Assembly: GCA_963822585.1 (NCBI GenBank)
Contig: CAWGIE010000031.1
Location: 128,001 to 192,000, forward strand
DNA from: an uncultured bacterium
GTDB taxonomy: Bacteria > Auribacterota > Erginobacteria > Erginobacterales > Erginobacteraceae
Direction: 5' to 3'
Length of the DNA: 64,000 bases
The notes below the pieces were generated by a model. It saw only the letters and a program-made list of their open reading frames with translations, was not told where the DNA came from and did no database searches. Positions within the stretch are counted from its first letter, which is position 1. Every line of letters begins with the position of its first letter. The position numbers and the translations under genes were made by a program. Of this stretch, positions 38,709 to 49,371 are shown one piece after another.

Positions 38709-39296
38709 ATGGAAAAGTTCAGCGGCAAGGAGAAAGCCGCTCTGGCCATCTATGGTCTGATTCTGTTGGCAACTGGCTTCTGGATTGTCCGACAGGGCAA
38801 TCTCGTGCCAACCGGTACCGAAACCGTAGTGGGACAGGTGATAGAAAAGTTTGATCTTTCCATAAGCATTCTGAAACAAAATTTGGTTACCCTCTCTGTC
38901 TCTTCCTCAAACGGAGTAAACCAGACGGCGAACCGTTTAATCGACGGGGACTCCGGATCCTTCTGGCACGTGGCTTTGGACCAGCGGGGCCAACCGGCCT
39001 GGGTTACGGTGGATTTCGGCGAAGGGAATGAGAAAGTTGTCCGGTCTTTGGCCGCGCTCCCCCGGGGAGATATCCCTCACCAGTTTTTCAGGAACGCCCG
39101 ATTCTGCGGGAGCGATGACGGAAATAACTGGAAACCGATCGTTGCTATCACCCTCAAGGAAACACCGCACCGCGCCAGTTGGTGGAAATGGGAATTTGAG
39201 AACTCCCGGGCTTATCGATATTACAAGTTGCTTATCCTTGACGGTCATGAAAATGGGGAATTTTATTCAATAGCGGAATTGGCTTTTTTTGAATAA
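38709..39296 (+). CDS. Membrane-anchored discoidin (F5/8 type C)-like protein
   Basis: One N-terminal TM; LIDGD..FWH, WVTVDFG, GSDDG.NW, YRYYKL, IAEL. Confidence 0.8.
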   Translation: MEKFSGKEKAALAIYGLILLATGFWIVRQGNLVPTGTETVVGQVIEKFDLSISILKQNLVTLSVSSSNGVNQTANRLIDGDSGSFWHVALDQRGQPAWVTVDFGEGNEKVVRSLAALPRGDIPHQFFRNARFCGSDDGNNWKPIVAITLKETPHRASWWKWEFENSRAYRYYKLLILDGHENGEFYSIAELAFFE

Positions 39297-39471
39297 TTGT
39301 TATTTTAGCAGCATAAAATTGCAGTTTATTTTTTCATCATGCCATCACCTATCATACATCGTGTTGCAATCCGATATCCTGTTTTGTAGCCTTCATCGGC
39401 GATCCCGGATTCAAGAGAAGATAAGCTTTTTTATCTGGAGTAACCTCGTCAGGTATCGCAGGAGGGGATAG

Positions 39472-40977
39472 TTGAAGACGCCTCATATTAAGAATTCGCT
39501 GCCCTTTTCAGCAAAAACCAGGGAAGCTCTTTATTATAAAGCAATCTTTTTCCTGGCAGCTTTGTATATATCGTTCCTTCTCTGTAATTATGGGTTGCAA
39601 TGGATGAATCCGGAACTTTCTCTCTACATTCCAAGAGCTCTTCAGAATGGGACGAATTTTCGTCTTGATGATATCCTCCGGGGATTCGATTGGTTGAGGT
39701 TCGACGGGACTGCCCGGGCCCGGTTTGTCGATCATTTTTTCATGATATTAAACATTAAGTTCCGGGTCTGGCTTTGGAATTTTATCCCCCCCCATCCCAG
39801 TCTTTCCCTGATCTGGATCTTCTTATTTTTCTCCGCCATTTTATTTTATAAACTAATCTACAATTTAACCAAAAGCCGGAATGCCGCCTGGGCCGGGCTT
39901 TCCTTATTCCTTCTGTCCAAGGGATTTTTAAACAGCATTTCGATGATATTCCATCCTGGCAAACCATTAGTCATCTTTTTAACGGTTTTCTGCCTGTATC
40001 TCACTTCTCAAATCGTCCAAAATTTACATCAACGCGAATTCTTCTCGATGAAATCGATTATACTTTATCTTATCCTGCTCGTATCCATGGTGGTGGCTTT
40101 CTTTACTGACGAGACCGGTTGGTTCATATTTATTTGTCTCCCGGTTCTCTTTCCTTCTTTATTTCTGATTCCCAAAAAGAGAATCATTATTATCTACACC
40201 TACACAACTACTTTTATCTTTTTTCTGTTCTTTGTAACATACGCGGCCCCACGAATAACGAAAGCACTCGAATTCGGCGTCTTTAATTTTTGGGGTTACG
40301 CGGTATCCACCAACAATATCTGGGGCAAGTTCAAATTGATCAATGTTTTCAACCACGCCAACTATTTCCTGGCCGAATGGCTAAGTCCTTTCAAGGGTAA
40401 TTCTCCTTACAATAACTGGATTATCATCGCCTTTTTATGTTATTCGGCATACATAGTTACCATTCTTCCCTCTTCCCGGAAAAAAATATTTTTCCGGGCA
40501 GTTGCTGTTCTGTCCCTCTTTTTGTTATTCCAAACACTCATTCAGACCAGGCATTTGATCGTTATAAAAACGACCGATTATTATGGATCGCTCTTCTCAG
40601 TTTTCTTTGCCCTGCCGGCTTCACTGTTATTTATGGTCACGCGAGGCCCCGCTCGGATAATCAATAAAATATTATTACTTGCCATCCTCCTTATCTCCAT
40701 CTTCAAGTTTCAACAAAAAAATATACATGATATTCGAGAACAATATGATTTTGATTGGATCAGAAAAACATTCCCCGAAGAAGCGGCACTGATGCGGGGG
40801 GAGCGCCTTACCTATGCCCTGGTGCGGGATGCCTGGAAGAATAAAGACGATAAACAGGTCCTGTTAGAGATTAAGGCCCAGTGCCCATTCAGCGCACTTT
40901 GGCTCTTTCAAGAGCTTGAGTATATTCCTGTCAATCAGGAGGCGGCGAACAATCATACCGACTGGTCTTATAGATAG
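39472..40977 (+). CDS. Polytopic membrane protein (GT-C-like), AT-rich
   Basis: 501-aa ORF with about 11 TMs; AGGAGG before the TTG start. Confidence 0.65.
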   Translation: MKTPHIKNSLPFSAKTREALYYKAIFFLAALYISFLLCNYGLQWMNPELSLYIPRALQNGTNFRLDDILRGFDWLRFDGTARARFVDHFFMILNIKFRVWLWNFIPPHPSLSLIWIFLFFSAILFYKLIYNLTKSRNAAWAGLSLFLLSKGFLNSISMIFHPGKPLVIFLTVFCLYLTSQIVQNLHQREFFSMKSIILYLILLVSMVVAFFTDETGWFIFICLPVLFPSLFLIPKKRIIIIYTYTTTFIFFLFFVTYAAPRITKALEFGVFNFWGYAVSTNNIWGKFKLINVFNHANYFLAEWLSPFKGNSPYNNWIIIAFLCYSAYIVTILPSSRKKIFFRAVAVLSLFLLFQTLIQTRHLIVIKTTDYYGSLFSVFFALPASLLFMVTRGPARIINKILLLAILLISIFKFQQKNIHDIREQYDFDWIRKTFPEEAALMRGERLTYALVRDAWKNKDDKQVLLEIKAQCPFSALWLFQELEYIPVNQEAANNHTDWSYR

Positions 40978-41116
40978 CCCCCAACCATGGCCCTTCCTGG
41001 TGTTATCTGAGGGATGTTTATATTGCAAAAGGGCGATGGGAGAAAGCCGAAGTATTCCAAAAAGAGGTCAAGCGGGAGCGGGGGAATATCGCCTTTGCCC
41101 ATTTAATGCTCGAATA

Positions 41117-41222
41117 CACAAGTTAGCCCCTCCGGCGCTAACTTCGTATCGGCGACCTTCAGATCGCCACATTATGGCAGCCTGAAGACTGTCGCTATGA
41201 CATTTATTGAAATTTCGAAGCA
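41117..41222 (-). repeat. Intergenic scaffold copy with a degenerate REP doublet
   Basis: Reverse complement reads tgcttcgaaatttcaataa - REP-like pair - aagttagcgccggaggggctaacttg. Confidence 0.7.
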
Positions 41223-41484
41223 TCAAGTTACCAGGATTACTTCACCGACTGTTTTGGTGACGACTTTGGCTACTGTTCCGAACAGGGGAATCAACTCCTG
41301 GCATAAAATATCGCCGATACTATTTTGAAGGAGTATTTTATCCAACCGGAAGAGAGATGAAGTCGCCGTCCGGCGAAACGGCTCCGGTCGAGGGAGGACG
41401 AAGCCACGGTTTCCCATTGATAACAAGGAAGTGGTTAATATAGAGTAGGCATTCAACTAAAATTTTTCGGAGGAAAATTTTAAA

Positions 41485-42072
41485 ATGGAAAAATTCAGCG
41501 GAAAGGAAAAAATAGCGCTGGTGATCTTCGGGTTGATACTGCTGGCCATCATCATTCAGGTCGCGGTACGGATCAATATCTTCAATCCGCCGGCGCCGCC
41601 GTGGAAAATAGTCGAGGACGCGGAACTGGACTTGAGCGGCAATCTTCTCCAGGAACCCGGGGTCGTCCTGGACGCCTCGTCTCACAACGAAGAAAGCCAG
41701 GTGGTCGAGAAGCTGAAGGACGCGAAACCCGACACGTTCTGGCACGTGGCGCTCGACCGGCTCGGGGAACCGGCCTGGGTCACCATCGATTTCGGGGAAG
41801 GAAACGAAAAAACGATCCACTCGCTGATGGCCAAACCGCGAAATAATTTTCCCCGCCAGTTTTTCCGCACCGCCGAACTGCTCGGGAGCGATACCGGGGA
41901 GGATTGGAAACCGGTGGCTGAGATCGTCCAGTGGGGGACACCGGACAATTCAAAATGGCGGCGGTGGGATTTCGCCAATGACCGTGCTTTCCGTTATTAC
42001 AAATTCGCCATCGCCGACGGCCATGAGGGCGGCCAATTCTACTCGATGGCGGAACTGGCCCTTTTCGAATAA
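41485..42072 (+). CDS. Membrane-anchored discoidin-like protein (paralog of 38709-39296)
   Basis: Same length (195 aa), MEKFSGKEK start, FWHVALD..GEPAWVTIDFGEG. Confidence 0.8.
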   Translation: MEKFSGKEKIALVIFGLILLAIIIQVAVRINIFNPPAPPWKIVEDAELDLSGNLLQEPGVVLDASSHNEESQVVEKLKDAKPDTFWHVALDRLGEPAWVTIDFGEGNEKTIHSLMAKPRNNFPRQFFRTAELLGSDTGEDWKPVAEIVQWGTPDNSKWRRWDFANDRAFRYYKFAIADGHEGGQFYSMAELALFE

Positions 42073-42129
42073 CTGTTAGTTTTTCTCCCGAACATTGAGA
42101 TCAATTGGTGTTATTTAATCATAAACACC

Positions 42130-42163
42130 GGACAACTTTCAGACGATCGTTTAATAATTGTCC
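42130..42163. promoter_or_regulatory. 34-bp imperfect palindrome upstream of the PaaX-like gene
   Basis: ggacaactttcagacgatcgtttaataattgtcc. Confidence 0.6.
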
Positions 42164-42264
42164 CATTGATTTCGTCGACTCTGGGGCGGTCTGCTCCAAA
42201 GCGGGAACTTATAGCTTCCATTTCTGCAACTTAGTGCCCTCCTCTACTCGGAACGGGGGTGTCA

Positions 42265-43059
42265 ATGCCGTCATTAAAAGAAACTGTTTTGATCTTACTT
42301 AAGGAAGGGCTTTTATTTTATTTTTCCGACCCGTGCCGCTATTTTAAAATCGGGAAACAGTATAATCCCGAGTCTTTTCGCAGAACCATCAACCGACTGG
42401 AAAAAGAAGGCCTCCTCACTAAATCGAGAAAAGCGGAAAAAAATCATATCCTCCTTACGAAGCAGGGGAAAAAATTCCTGAGGGAACATCAAAAGGCGCC
42501 CCAGCATTCTCAACGCTCCTGGGATGAAAAGTGGAGACTGGTTATATTCGATATCCCCGAATCAAAACGCAAACTGAGGAACTATCTGCGACAGTATCTG
42601 ATCACATTCGGTTTTGCGAAAGTGCAAAGAAGCATCTGGATTTCCCCTCACGATCATAGGGAAGCTATCAGCAGGTATGCCGAAAAGCTGGGGCTCTCCG
42701 ATTACATCTTTCAGATAACGGCCGATAGTTTCCATGGATTAAGTACGGAAGCATTGGCGCAAACTTTCTGGAATCTCACCGAGATTCATAACCAATATCT
42801 AAAACTGATTAAAAAATATCAAAAGAAACAAAAGGAACTATGCGAATTGGGTGAGAAAACACCAAAGGACAGAGCAATCCTGAGGGAAATCGTCAAAGAG
42901 CATTTGCTCTGGGATTATCAATCCATCCGTTCCCGCGACCCTGAGCTTCCCCCTGAATTCCTTCCCGATGATTGGGGCGGTGAAAAGGCCAGGAAATTCA
43001 TTGCTGCTTTCCCGGGAAACAAGAAGGGCCAGTGGAGTTATGCCGGTTCAGCGAATTGA
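42265..43059 (+). CDS. PaaX-family regulator (wHTH, Cas2-like central domain, PaaX_C)
   Basis: INRLEKEGLL..LTKQG; WDEKWRLVIFDIPE..GFAKVQRSIWISP; DPELPPEFLPDDWGG. Confidence 0.85.
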   Translation: MPSLKETVLILLKEGLLFYFSDPCRYFKIGKQYNPESFRRTINRLEKEGLLTKSRKAEKNHILLTKQGKKFLREHQKAPQHSQRSWDEKWRLVIFDIPESKRKLRNYLRQYLITFGFAKVQRSIWISPHDHREAISRYAEKLGLSDYIFQITADSFHGLSTEALAQTFWNLTEIHNQYLKLIKKYQKKQKELCELGEKTPKDRAILREIVKEHLLWDYQSIRSRDPELPPEFLPDDWGGEKARKFIAAFPGNKKGQWSYAGSAN

Positions 43060-43075
43060 ATTCCCTGGCTCAATC

Positions 43076-43109
43076 GGACAAAATTATGACGATCGTCTAA
43101 ATTTTGTCC
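43076..43109. promoter_or_regulatory. 34-bp near-perfect palindrome downstream of the PaaX-like gene
   Basis: ggacaaaattatgacgatcgtctaaattttgtcc. Confidence 0.65.
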
Positions 43110-43360
43110 CAGCGTGCCCGCTGGGCTTCATGTAACCGGGGGACGGCGTTCCCAGACAGCTGATAAATATTTCAGTGATCACGGGTCTTAATTCTTCTTC
43201 TTTTCTACCGGGGAAAAGAGCCCCGGAGGATTAAATTGAGGCAGCTAACCACCTCATTGACAGAGCATGTCTTTCTGTTATCCTCCAATAATAACCCGCT
43301 ACGTTCAAACAGCCGCCGGATGACGTGGCGCCATATTTCCGGCCTGGATATTGAATTAGA

Positions 43361-45682
43361 TTGATCTCATTATCGACTAAATTTGATCGATGGGCCCTGG
43401 TCCTGATTTTACTGTTGGGAGCGGTGCTCTTCCTGGTCTGGGCCCGGTTTCCCGAATACAAGTCCTTTGCCCAGGGAGATCCTTATCTCGACGCCAATCA
43501 GTATCTTCCCGGGAAGAACTTCGCCGAAAGAGGCTTTTGTAAAGAATACTTCCTGGCCGATTATGCCAGCGGGCCGGAAGAATGCTACCCGCTCTGGTAC
43601 ACCCACAATCCCCCGCTCTCGGAGATTTTAAGCGGATTGTACTACGGGTTCGGATTGAGGGGGATTTTCCAACAACGGATAATCGCTATCCTCTGGAACC
43701 TGCTCGGGTCCTGGTTCTTCTACCTTCTCATCAAACGGCTCTCCTCCCCCAGGACGGCCCTGATCAGCCTGGCGGTGCTGATCAGCAACCCCTTTTACAT
43801 CGCCTGGGGGGATAACCTCTTCATCAATCATCAGTGGGCTTTTGCCTTCGCGAGCATGTACTTCTTCCTCCGGTCCGCCGATTCGGCGGACGATCGGAAA
43901 GAAGGCACCGGCGGGGATGCTCGTCATGCGAGATTTTTCCTCGGTCTGAGCACCCTCTTTTTCTTCCTCCTCTGCTATTCTAACTACGAGTATGTCCCCT
44001 TCGTCGCCCTCTTCTTCATCGGGGTCAAACTGCTCAAATTGCGGAAAGTCTCCTGGCCGTGGATCTGCTTCATCCTGGGTACGGGGTTGGCCGCTGTCGG
44101 CATTCACCAAATCTGCATCATCCGGGCGGTAGGCCTGAATACCTGGCTGCTGGATAAAACCGAATCCCTTCTTCACCGGACCGGCCTGGGGGTGACATCG
44201 CTGATGGACCTTTATCGGTCGGCGCCCCTCTTGATGTGGGAGGAACAGGCGCGCCTGCATGGCACCTACACGCTCTCGACCTACTGGAAAGGGTTTTACT
44301 GGCACCTTGAAAACCTCTTCGGAATCGGCTGGGCGCCGATTTTGGCGTCGGTCTGCGTCTTCAGGCGGTTCATCCTCCCGGGGGACCCCGAGCAGAGGAA
44401 GAAGATCTTCCGCGCCGTGATCCTCTTCTTCGTGATGAGCGTCTTCTGGTTTCTAGCCTTCGTCCAGCATACCGCCGATCACCAGTGGGGATCCACCGTC
44501 CTCCTTTTCGGCCCTTTTGCCGCTTTCCTTTACGGAGCGGTCCTCGACGGCCTTTATCTCAATTTCGTCCGGCGGGATAACCGGGCCCGGAAAACGATCG
44601 GCCTGATCGCGATCGCGACCGTGCTGGCCGGACTGATCGGGGGAAGAGTGGTGAATTATCATCCCTTCCGTGCCTACCCTGGTATCTCCGCCCTGAAAAA
44701 ATACCGGGGAAAAATCCTGTTGACCAGCTCCATCCCGACACTTGTCTCCACCTATACCGGTCAGCCGACCGGATGGCTGGGGAGCAACCATCCCGCGCTT
44801 ATGTTCAGCCGGTCCCGGTACCTGGTCAACCCCCGATGTACGCTTCCCCTGAAACCTGAATTTTTCTTCTCTCCCCGGCATCCGGAAGACCCCGCTTTCG
44901 CCCAGGAGATTGACTCCTGGCTGGAAAAACGTTTTCCGGTCGAGGAAAAGGGCGCCGGCTTCACGATCTTCAACCTGCAAAGGCCGATCGGGGAAGCGGG
45001 CCCCGATTTCGTGGATCGTCAGCGGTATCGGGAAATTCGGCGTGATCTGCCGCGGGCGGTCGCGGCGCGATTGGACGAACCCGGACAACCCCTCCTTCAC
45101 CGGGACCGGTCTTCACAGTCTCTTACAGGCGAATCGGGGATCGCGGATTGGATTGCCCGGAATCTCTCCGGCGCTGTGGAGGAGGAGAAAAACACCGCCC
45201 CGGTTGCCGTCAGACCGATCAGCGGCAACCTGTTCTTACCCCCGAGCCTTCTCGGCGGAAGCTCCCAGATCGAAGGCGAACGACCGGTCGAGAACCTCCT
45301 CCTGCCCGCGCCGGAGATGTACTGGCACGTCTCTCTGGACAAGATCGGCGAACCGGCCTGGGTCACGGTTGATTTGGGCGAGGATCGGAGGCTGGCCATC
45401 AATTTCATCAGAACGCGGCCGCGGCCGGATATTAGGGAACAGTATTTCAAAACCGCCGTTATTCAGGGAAGTCAAGACGGCGCTCATTGGAATGATATCG
45501 CCGCGATCATTGAAGATGAGGTCCCCTCCTCCGCTGACTGGAGAGGATGGGTTTTTGAAAATGAAACCCCCTATCGTTTTTACCGTCTCTTCATCATTGA
45601 TGGCCATGAAGTAAACGGCGCCTTTTATTCGCTGGGAGCTCTCGAGATGTACCGGGTTAAAATCATCCGGCCGGAATCCTGA
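43361..45682 (+). CDS. ArnT/PMT-like (GT-C) membrane glycosyltransferase with C-terminal discoidin domain
   Basis: YTHNPPL, about 11 TMs; C-terminal YWHVSLD..GEPAWVTVDLG..YRFYRL. Confidence 0.78.
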   Translation: MISLSTKFDRWALVLILLLGAVLFLVWARFPEYKSFAQGDPYLDANQYLPGKNFAERGFCKEYFLADYASGPEECYPLWYTHNPPLSEILSGLYYGFGLRGIFQQRIIAILWNLLGSWFFYLLIKRLSSPRTALISLAVLISNPFYIAWGDNLFINHQWAFAFASMYFFLRSADSADDRKEGTGGDARHARFFLGLSTLFFFLLCYSNYEYVPFVALFFIGVKLLKLRKVSWPWICFILGTGLAAVGIHQICIIRAVGLNTWLLDKTESLLHRTGLGVTSLMDLYRSAPLLMWEEQARLHGTYTLSTYWKGFYWHLENLFGIGWAPILASVCVFRRFILPGDPEQRKKIFRAVILFFVMSVFWFLAFVQHTADHQWGSTVLLFGPFAAFLYGAVLDGLYLNFVRRDNRARKTIGLIAIATVLAGLIGGRVVNYHPFRAYPGISALKKYRGKILLTSSIPTLVSTYTGQPTGWLGSNHPALMFSRSRYLVNPRCTLPLKPEFFFSPRHPEDPAFAQEIDSWLEKRFPVEEKGAGFTIFNLQRPIGEAGPDFVDRQRYREIRRDLPRAVAARLDEPGQPLLHRDRSSQSLTGESGIADWIARNLSGAVEEEKNTAPVAVRPISGNLFLPPSLLGGSSQIEGERPVENLLLPAPEMYWHVSLDKIGEPAWVTVDLGEDRRLAINFIRTRPRPDIREQYFKTAVIQGSQDGAHWNDIAAIIEDEVPSSADWRGWVFENETPYRFYRLFIIDGHEVNGAFYSLGALEMYRVKIIRPES

Positions 45683-45690
45683 TTATTTTA

Positions 45691-45805
45691 CTGTTTTGGA
45701 ATTTCAATAATGTAGTGTGAAGTGAAAGGTGAAAAGTGGAAATTCCATCACACTTTACACTTTAAACTTTACACTGCAAGTTGCGCCGCAGGCGCTAACT
45801 TGCTA
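45691..45805 (+). repeat. Intergenic scaffold copy carrying a GTAG-bounded GTGAAAG/CTTTACA heptamer hairpin
   Basis: Near-identical to 49378-49489. Confidence 0.85.
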
Positions 45806-45813
45806 AAGACCTC

Positions 45814-48800
45814 ATGATAAAAACCAAAACAATTTCAGTGCTTTTCCCGGTTGCGATCATTGTTCTCCTGGTCGCTCTGGCTTACGGCAATGTCGTCTTT
45901 CTCGGCCGTTCCCTCAATCCCGTCCTCCTGATTCCGCCGGACGACATCAAGCTCTCCACCGGCTATGCCGATATCATCGGAACGGATTCCGCCACCCACG
46001 GCTGGCAGGTCGACCTGGCCAATCCCGCCTACCTGGAATGGCCGGTCAATATTTTTATCGGGCGGTCTCTCAAGGGCGGCCATATTCCTCTGGTTCTGCC
46101 CGATCAAAATCTGGGGGTCCCCCTGATCGGTCAGTACTGCCACCGGGTTCTCTCCCCCTATCAGATAGTCGAGAACCTCTTCTTCCCCCGGGGATATAAT
46201 TTTTTTCTCCTCCTCCGTCTGGCACTGGCCGGGATCTTCACCTACCTCTTTGTCCGACCGCTCTGCCGGCGGAAAGAGTCGGCCCTGCTGGCGGCCGTCG
46301 GGTTCGGTCTCGGAAGCACCATGGTCATCTACTCCAACCATGAAGAAGTTTCCAATGTGGCGATGATGCTTCCCCTGCTGATGTGGGCGACCCGCGCTCT
46401 CTTTGACCGACCCGGTATCGGCCGGGCCTGCTGGCTGGCTCTGGCTCTGGCGATGGTCCACACCGCGGGCCAGCCGGAGATCCAGCTTTACGTCCTTTTC
46501 CTGACTTTTCTCTACGGATGCGTGCGGCTGCTTTCTCGCCCGGCCGGGGACCGGTTACGCCCCTTCGCCTACAGCCTGGCGGCGATGATACTAAGCGGAA
46601 TCATTGCCGCCCCCCAGATATACCTCTTTCTCCGCTTCCACAGCGAAGCCTGGACCTTTCACCCCCCGGGCGGCAACCTGGGACTCCAGTCGCCGATGGA
46701 ACGGGCCAATTTTCTCTTCGCCTTTTTCCCCAAGCTCCGCCAGACCCCCTGGGTATGGTCATACCGGACCATTAATCTTCTCTGGGATTGGGTCGGCGGC
46801 TATTTCGGTCTGGGACTCCTCTTTTTGGCGGCCGCGGCGGCCGGAAGACCGCGCCGGAACCGGAGGGAGATCGCCCTTTTCGGCTGTTACTTCCTTTTCA
46901 TCCTGGCCAAGAATCTCGGCTGGAGCCCCGCCCAGATGATCGGCATCCTCCCTTTCTTTGATCAGACCTGGACGCCGCGATGGGCGGCCGCCACCTGGAG
47001 TTTCGCCCTGGCCGTCCTGGCCGCGCTGGGCCTGGATAATATCCTGGACGGACCGCCCCCGGCGGCCACGGCCGCAATGCCGAACCCTGTCGCAAAAACC
47101 GGAAAACGGGCAACCCTCCTGGCCAATCCTTTCTTCTCTTCAGCGCTCCTCTTTGCCGATATTATCCTGATCAGCGTATGCTGGCGGCAGGGGATTATTC
47201 ACTGGCGGGCCGAACATCTCCGGGAGTTTGTCCTCTTCAACGGGCTGCTTTTCCTCCTCCTGGCGGCAGGAGCCTTCTTGCTCTGGCATCTTCTCCCCCT
47301 GCCGGTCCGGAGATCTCTGCGCGATGGTGCCGGGATGATTCGCCGGGCTTTCCGGGAGAAGCAGCTCTCCCTGATCGCTCTTCTCTCCGCCGTTGCCGCC
47401 GGGGCCCTGCAACTGATCCCGCTTAAACAGTACTTTTCCCCCTTCGGTTCTCAGCTTCCTGAGAACCTCTATCTTTCCGCTTCCGCCGCCAGCGTCTCCT
47501 ACCTTTTCGCCGCCCCTCTTTTTCTGGCCGCCCTCTCCGGTCTCTTTTTGATGGCGGCTTCACCATCTCGTCCCTGGGCAGTCGTCTTCTCCGCGGTCGC
47601 CATCCCCTCAGTTATTGTCAGCGGATGGGTCCAGTTGCCCCCGGAGCCGATCCCGATCATCTACGGGGGGATTTTTATCCTGGCGGTGGCCGCTCTCTCT
47701 GTCTTTAAAACCAGACCGCGCCTCCTACGGATGTTTCTCCCTTCTCTCTCCTTCCCCCTCCTTTTCGGCCTGGCGGCCTTTGTCCTGGCCAAGCCCGTGG
47801 TCGCCGATCCCCGATTCAACTGGCTGATCCGGTTTCATGGATATTACGCCATATTCATGCTCGCCGTCTTCTCCGGCGTGCGGCTCTGGGCCCAACGGGG
47901 GGGAACCGGATGTGGATGGTTCTTCCTCATCCTGATCTGGATGGAACTGACTATCTACATACCGAAGAATCATGCTGACCGGTTCCTGCTGATCGACGCC
48001 ATTCCCTTCCTGATCGCCGTCCTGACGTTTCTGGGATTTGCCGCCCATTTCCGGCGCGGCATCTTATCCGGAAAGCAGATCACGGTCTGTATCCTGACCA
48101 TCATCATCCTCTGCGGCGCGACTCTGCTCATTATCGATCGCTACGCGCCCGGGCAACTCCCCGCGAGGTGCACCCCGGATGAACCGCTTCCCTATGTCAA
48201 ATATCTCCAAGATAAAAAACGGGGCTCTATTGTCGGATTCGGGAGGGTTCTGACCCCCAATTTCGCCTCCGCGCATCATCTCCTCGATGTGCGGGGATGC
48301 GTCTCCATGAATACCACCGCCTACCAGTTTTTCATCGAGAACATCCTCCAGGCGGTCCCCCGGGGAACAAGTTATTCTCTCTGGTTCACCGGTGATAACT
48401 CTCCCCAAGGAGGAGGAGGCACCCCCTACGCGAGTTCGATGAGGAGTCAGATCACTGCCTTTAGGAAGGCCTTCCCCTTCTATATGCTTTCTTCGGTGCG
48501 CCATGTCATCTGCCCGCCGGGTGCTCTCGATTCCGTCGGGGATGAATATAGTAAAATGATGCGGAAGGTCTACCGGGATGAAGTGGATATATGGGAGATA
48601 CCGGCCCTCCCTCCCGCTTACATCGCCCATAAAGCGGATGTCATCTCGATGCTCTCCGACACCCGGCGCTGGGGAACGACAATTGTCAATAGCAAAGAGA
48701 TCATGCGGGGGGAACGTGTTGTCCTGGAGGACAAGCCGAGTCCCTCTCTTTCCGAGAGCGACCCCGCCTCCTCCGACCGGGCCCTTTTACTATTCGGAGA

Positions 48801-49086
48801 GGATCCTAACCATTTTCAGATCCGTTTCTATTCGGAGCGCCCCGGTTACATAGTCGTTACCCGCGCATATACCAACCTGCTGCGGGCATACATCAACGGC
48901 GAAGAGATCCCTGTTCTTCAAGCTAACGGTCCCTTTATCGCCCTGCCGGTTTCCGGAAGCGACCAGGAGCGGATCGTCGAACTTACCTATCTTTCCCCGC
49001 CCGCGAAAACCTCTTTTGAGATCGGTTTTCTGGGACTGCTCTCTGTCATGGGACTTCTCTTGTTTGCTGTCCTAAAGAGAAAGTGA
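45814..49086 (+). CDS. Large YfhO-like polytopic membrane protein (GT-C fold)
   Basis: GHIPL..QNLGVPLIG, AGQPE, many TMs, C-terminal RAYING..ANGPFIALPV. Confidence 0.75.
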   Translation: MIKTKTISVLFPVAIIVLLVALAYGNVVFLGRSLNPVLLIPPDDIKLSTGYADIIGTDSATHGWQVDLANPAYLEWPVNIFIGRSLKGGHIPLVLPDQNLGVPLIGQYCHRVLSPYQIVENLFFPRGYNFFLLLRLALAGIFTYLFVRPLCRRKESALLAAVGFGLGSTMVIYSNHEEVSNVAMMLPLLMWATRALFDRPGIGRACWLALALAMVHTAGQPEIQLYVLFLTFLYGCVRLLSRPAGDRLRPFAYSLAAMILSGIIAAPQIYLFLRFHSEAWTFHPPGGNLGLQSPMERANFLFAFFPKLRQTPWVWSYRTINLLWDWVGGYFGLGLLFLAAAAAGRPRRNRREIALFGCYFLFILAKNLGWSPAQMIGILPFFDQTWTPRWAAATWSFALAVLAALGLDNILDGPPPAATAAMPNPVAKTGKRATLLANPFFSSALLFADIILISVCWRQGIIHWRAEHLREFVLFNGLLFLLLAAGAFLLWHLLPLPVRRSLRDGAGMIRRAFREKQLSLIALLSAVAAGALQLIPLKQYFSPFGSQLPENLYLSASAASVSYLFAAPLFLAALSGLFLMAASPSRPWAVVFSAVAIPSVIVSGWVQLPPEPIPIIYGGIFILAVAALSVFKTRPRLLRMFLPSLSFPLLFGLAAFVLAKPVVADPRFNWLIRFHGYYAIFMLAVFSGVRLWAQRGGTGCGWFFLILIWMELTIYIPKNHADRFLLIDAIPFLIAVLTFLGFAAHFRRGILSGKQITVCILTIIILCGATLLIIDRYAPGQLPARCTPDEPLPYVKYLQDKKRGSIVGFGRVLTPNFASAHHLLDVRGCVSMNTTAYQFFIENILQAVPRGTSYSLWFTGDNSPQGGGGTPYASSMRSQITAFRKAFPFYMLSSVRHVICPPGALDSVGDEYSKMMRKVYRDEVDIWEIPALPPAYIAHKADVISMLSDTRRWGTTIVNSKEIMRGERVVLEDKPSPSLSESDPASSDRALLLFGEDPNHFQIRFYSERPGYIVVTRAYTNLLRAYINGEEIPVLQANGPFIALPVSGSDQERIVELTYLSPPAKTSFEIGFLGLLSVMGLLLFAVLKRK

Positions 49087-49371
49087 CTTTATGCTTTTTA
49101 GACTACGTCACATAAATCCGATTTGAGTTATTATTTTATATATTTTTAATATATTTAGCTCATATTTTAAATAATATCATTCTTCATACCCCGATTAATG
49201 CTTCTGAAGACCGAAAAAATAATAATACCTAAGCATTAGAACGACATTAGATGAATATTTTATATTAATTTGTGTAATTTCTCCAGGATCAAGATATAAT
49301 TATGGGCAAATTTGTAGTTTCTTCAGATGCCCGAGCCTCGATAAATCGGGGTAGACTGCGCGAGGGCTAGG

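Noticed and set aside
42265..43059. cas2 gene
   Set aside because: The Cas2-like segment is embedded between wHTH and PaaX_C domains, with no array nearby.
45778..45805. Integron attC sites
   Set aside because: Order is GTT...AAC rather than RYYYAAC...GTTRRRY, the stem is too short, and no integron integrase is present.
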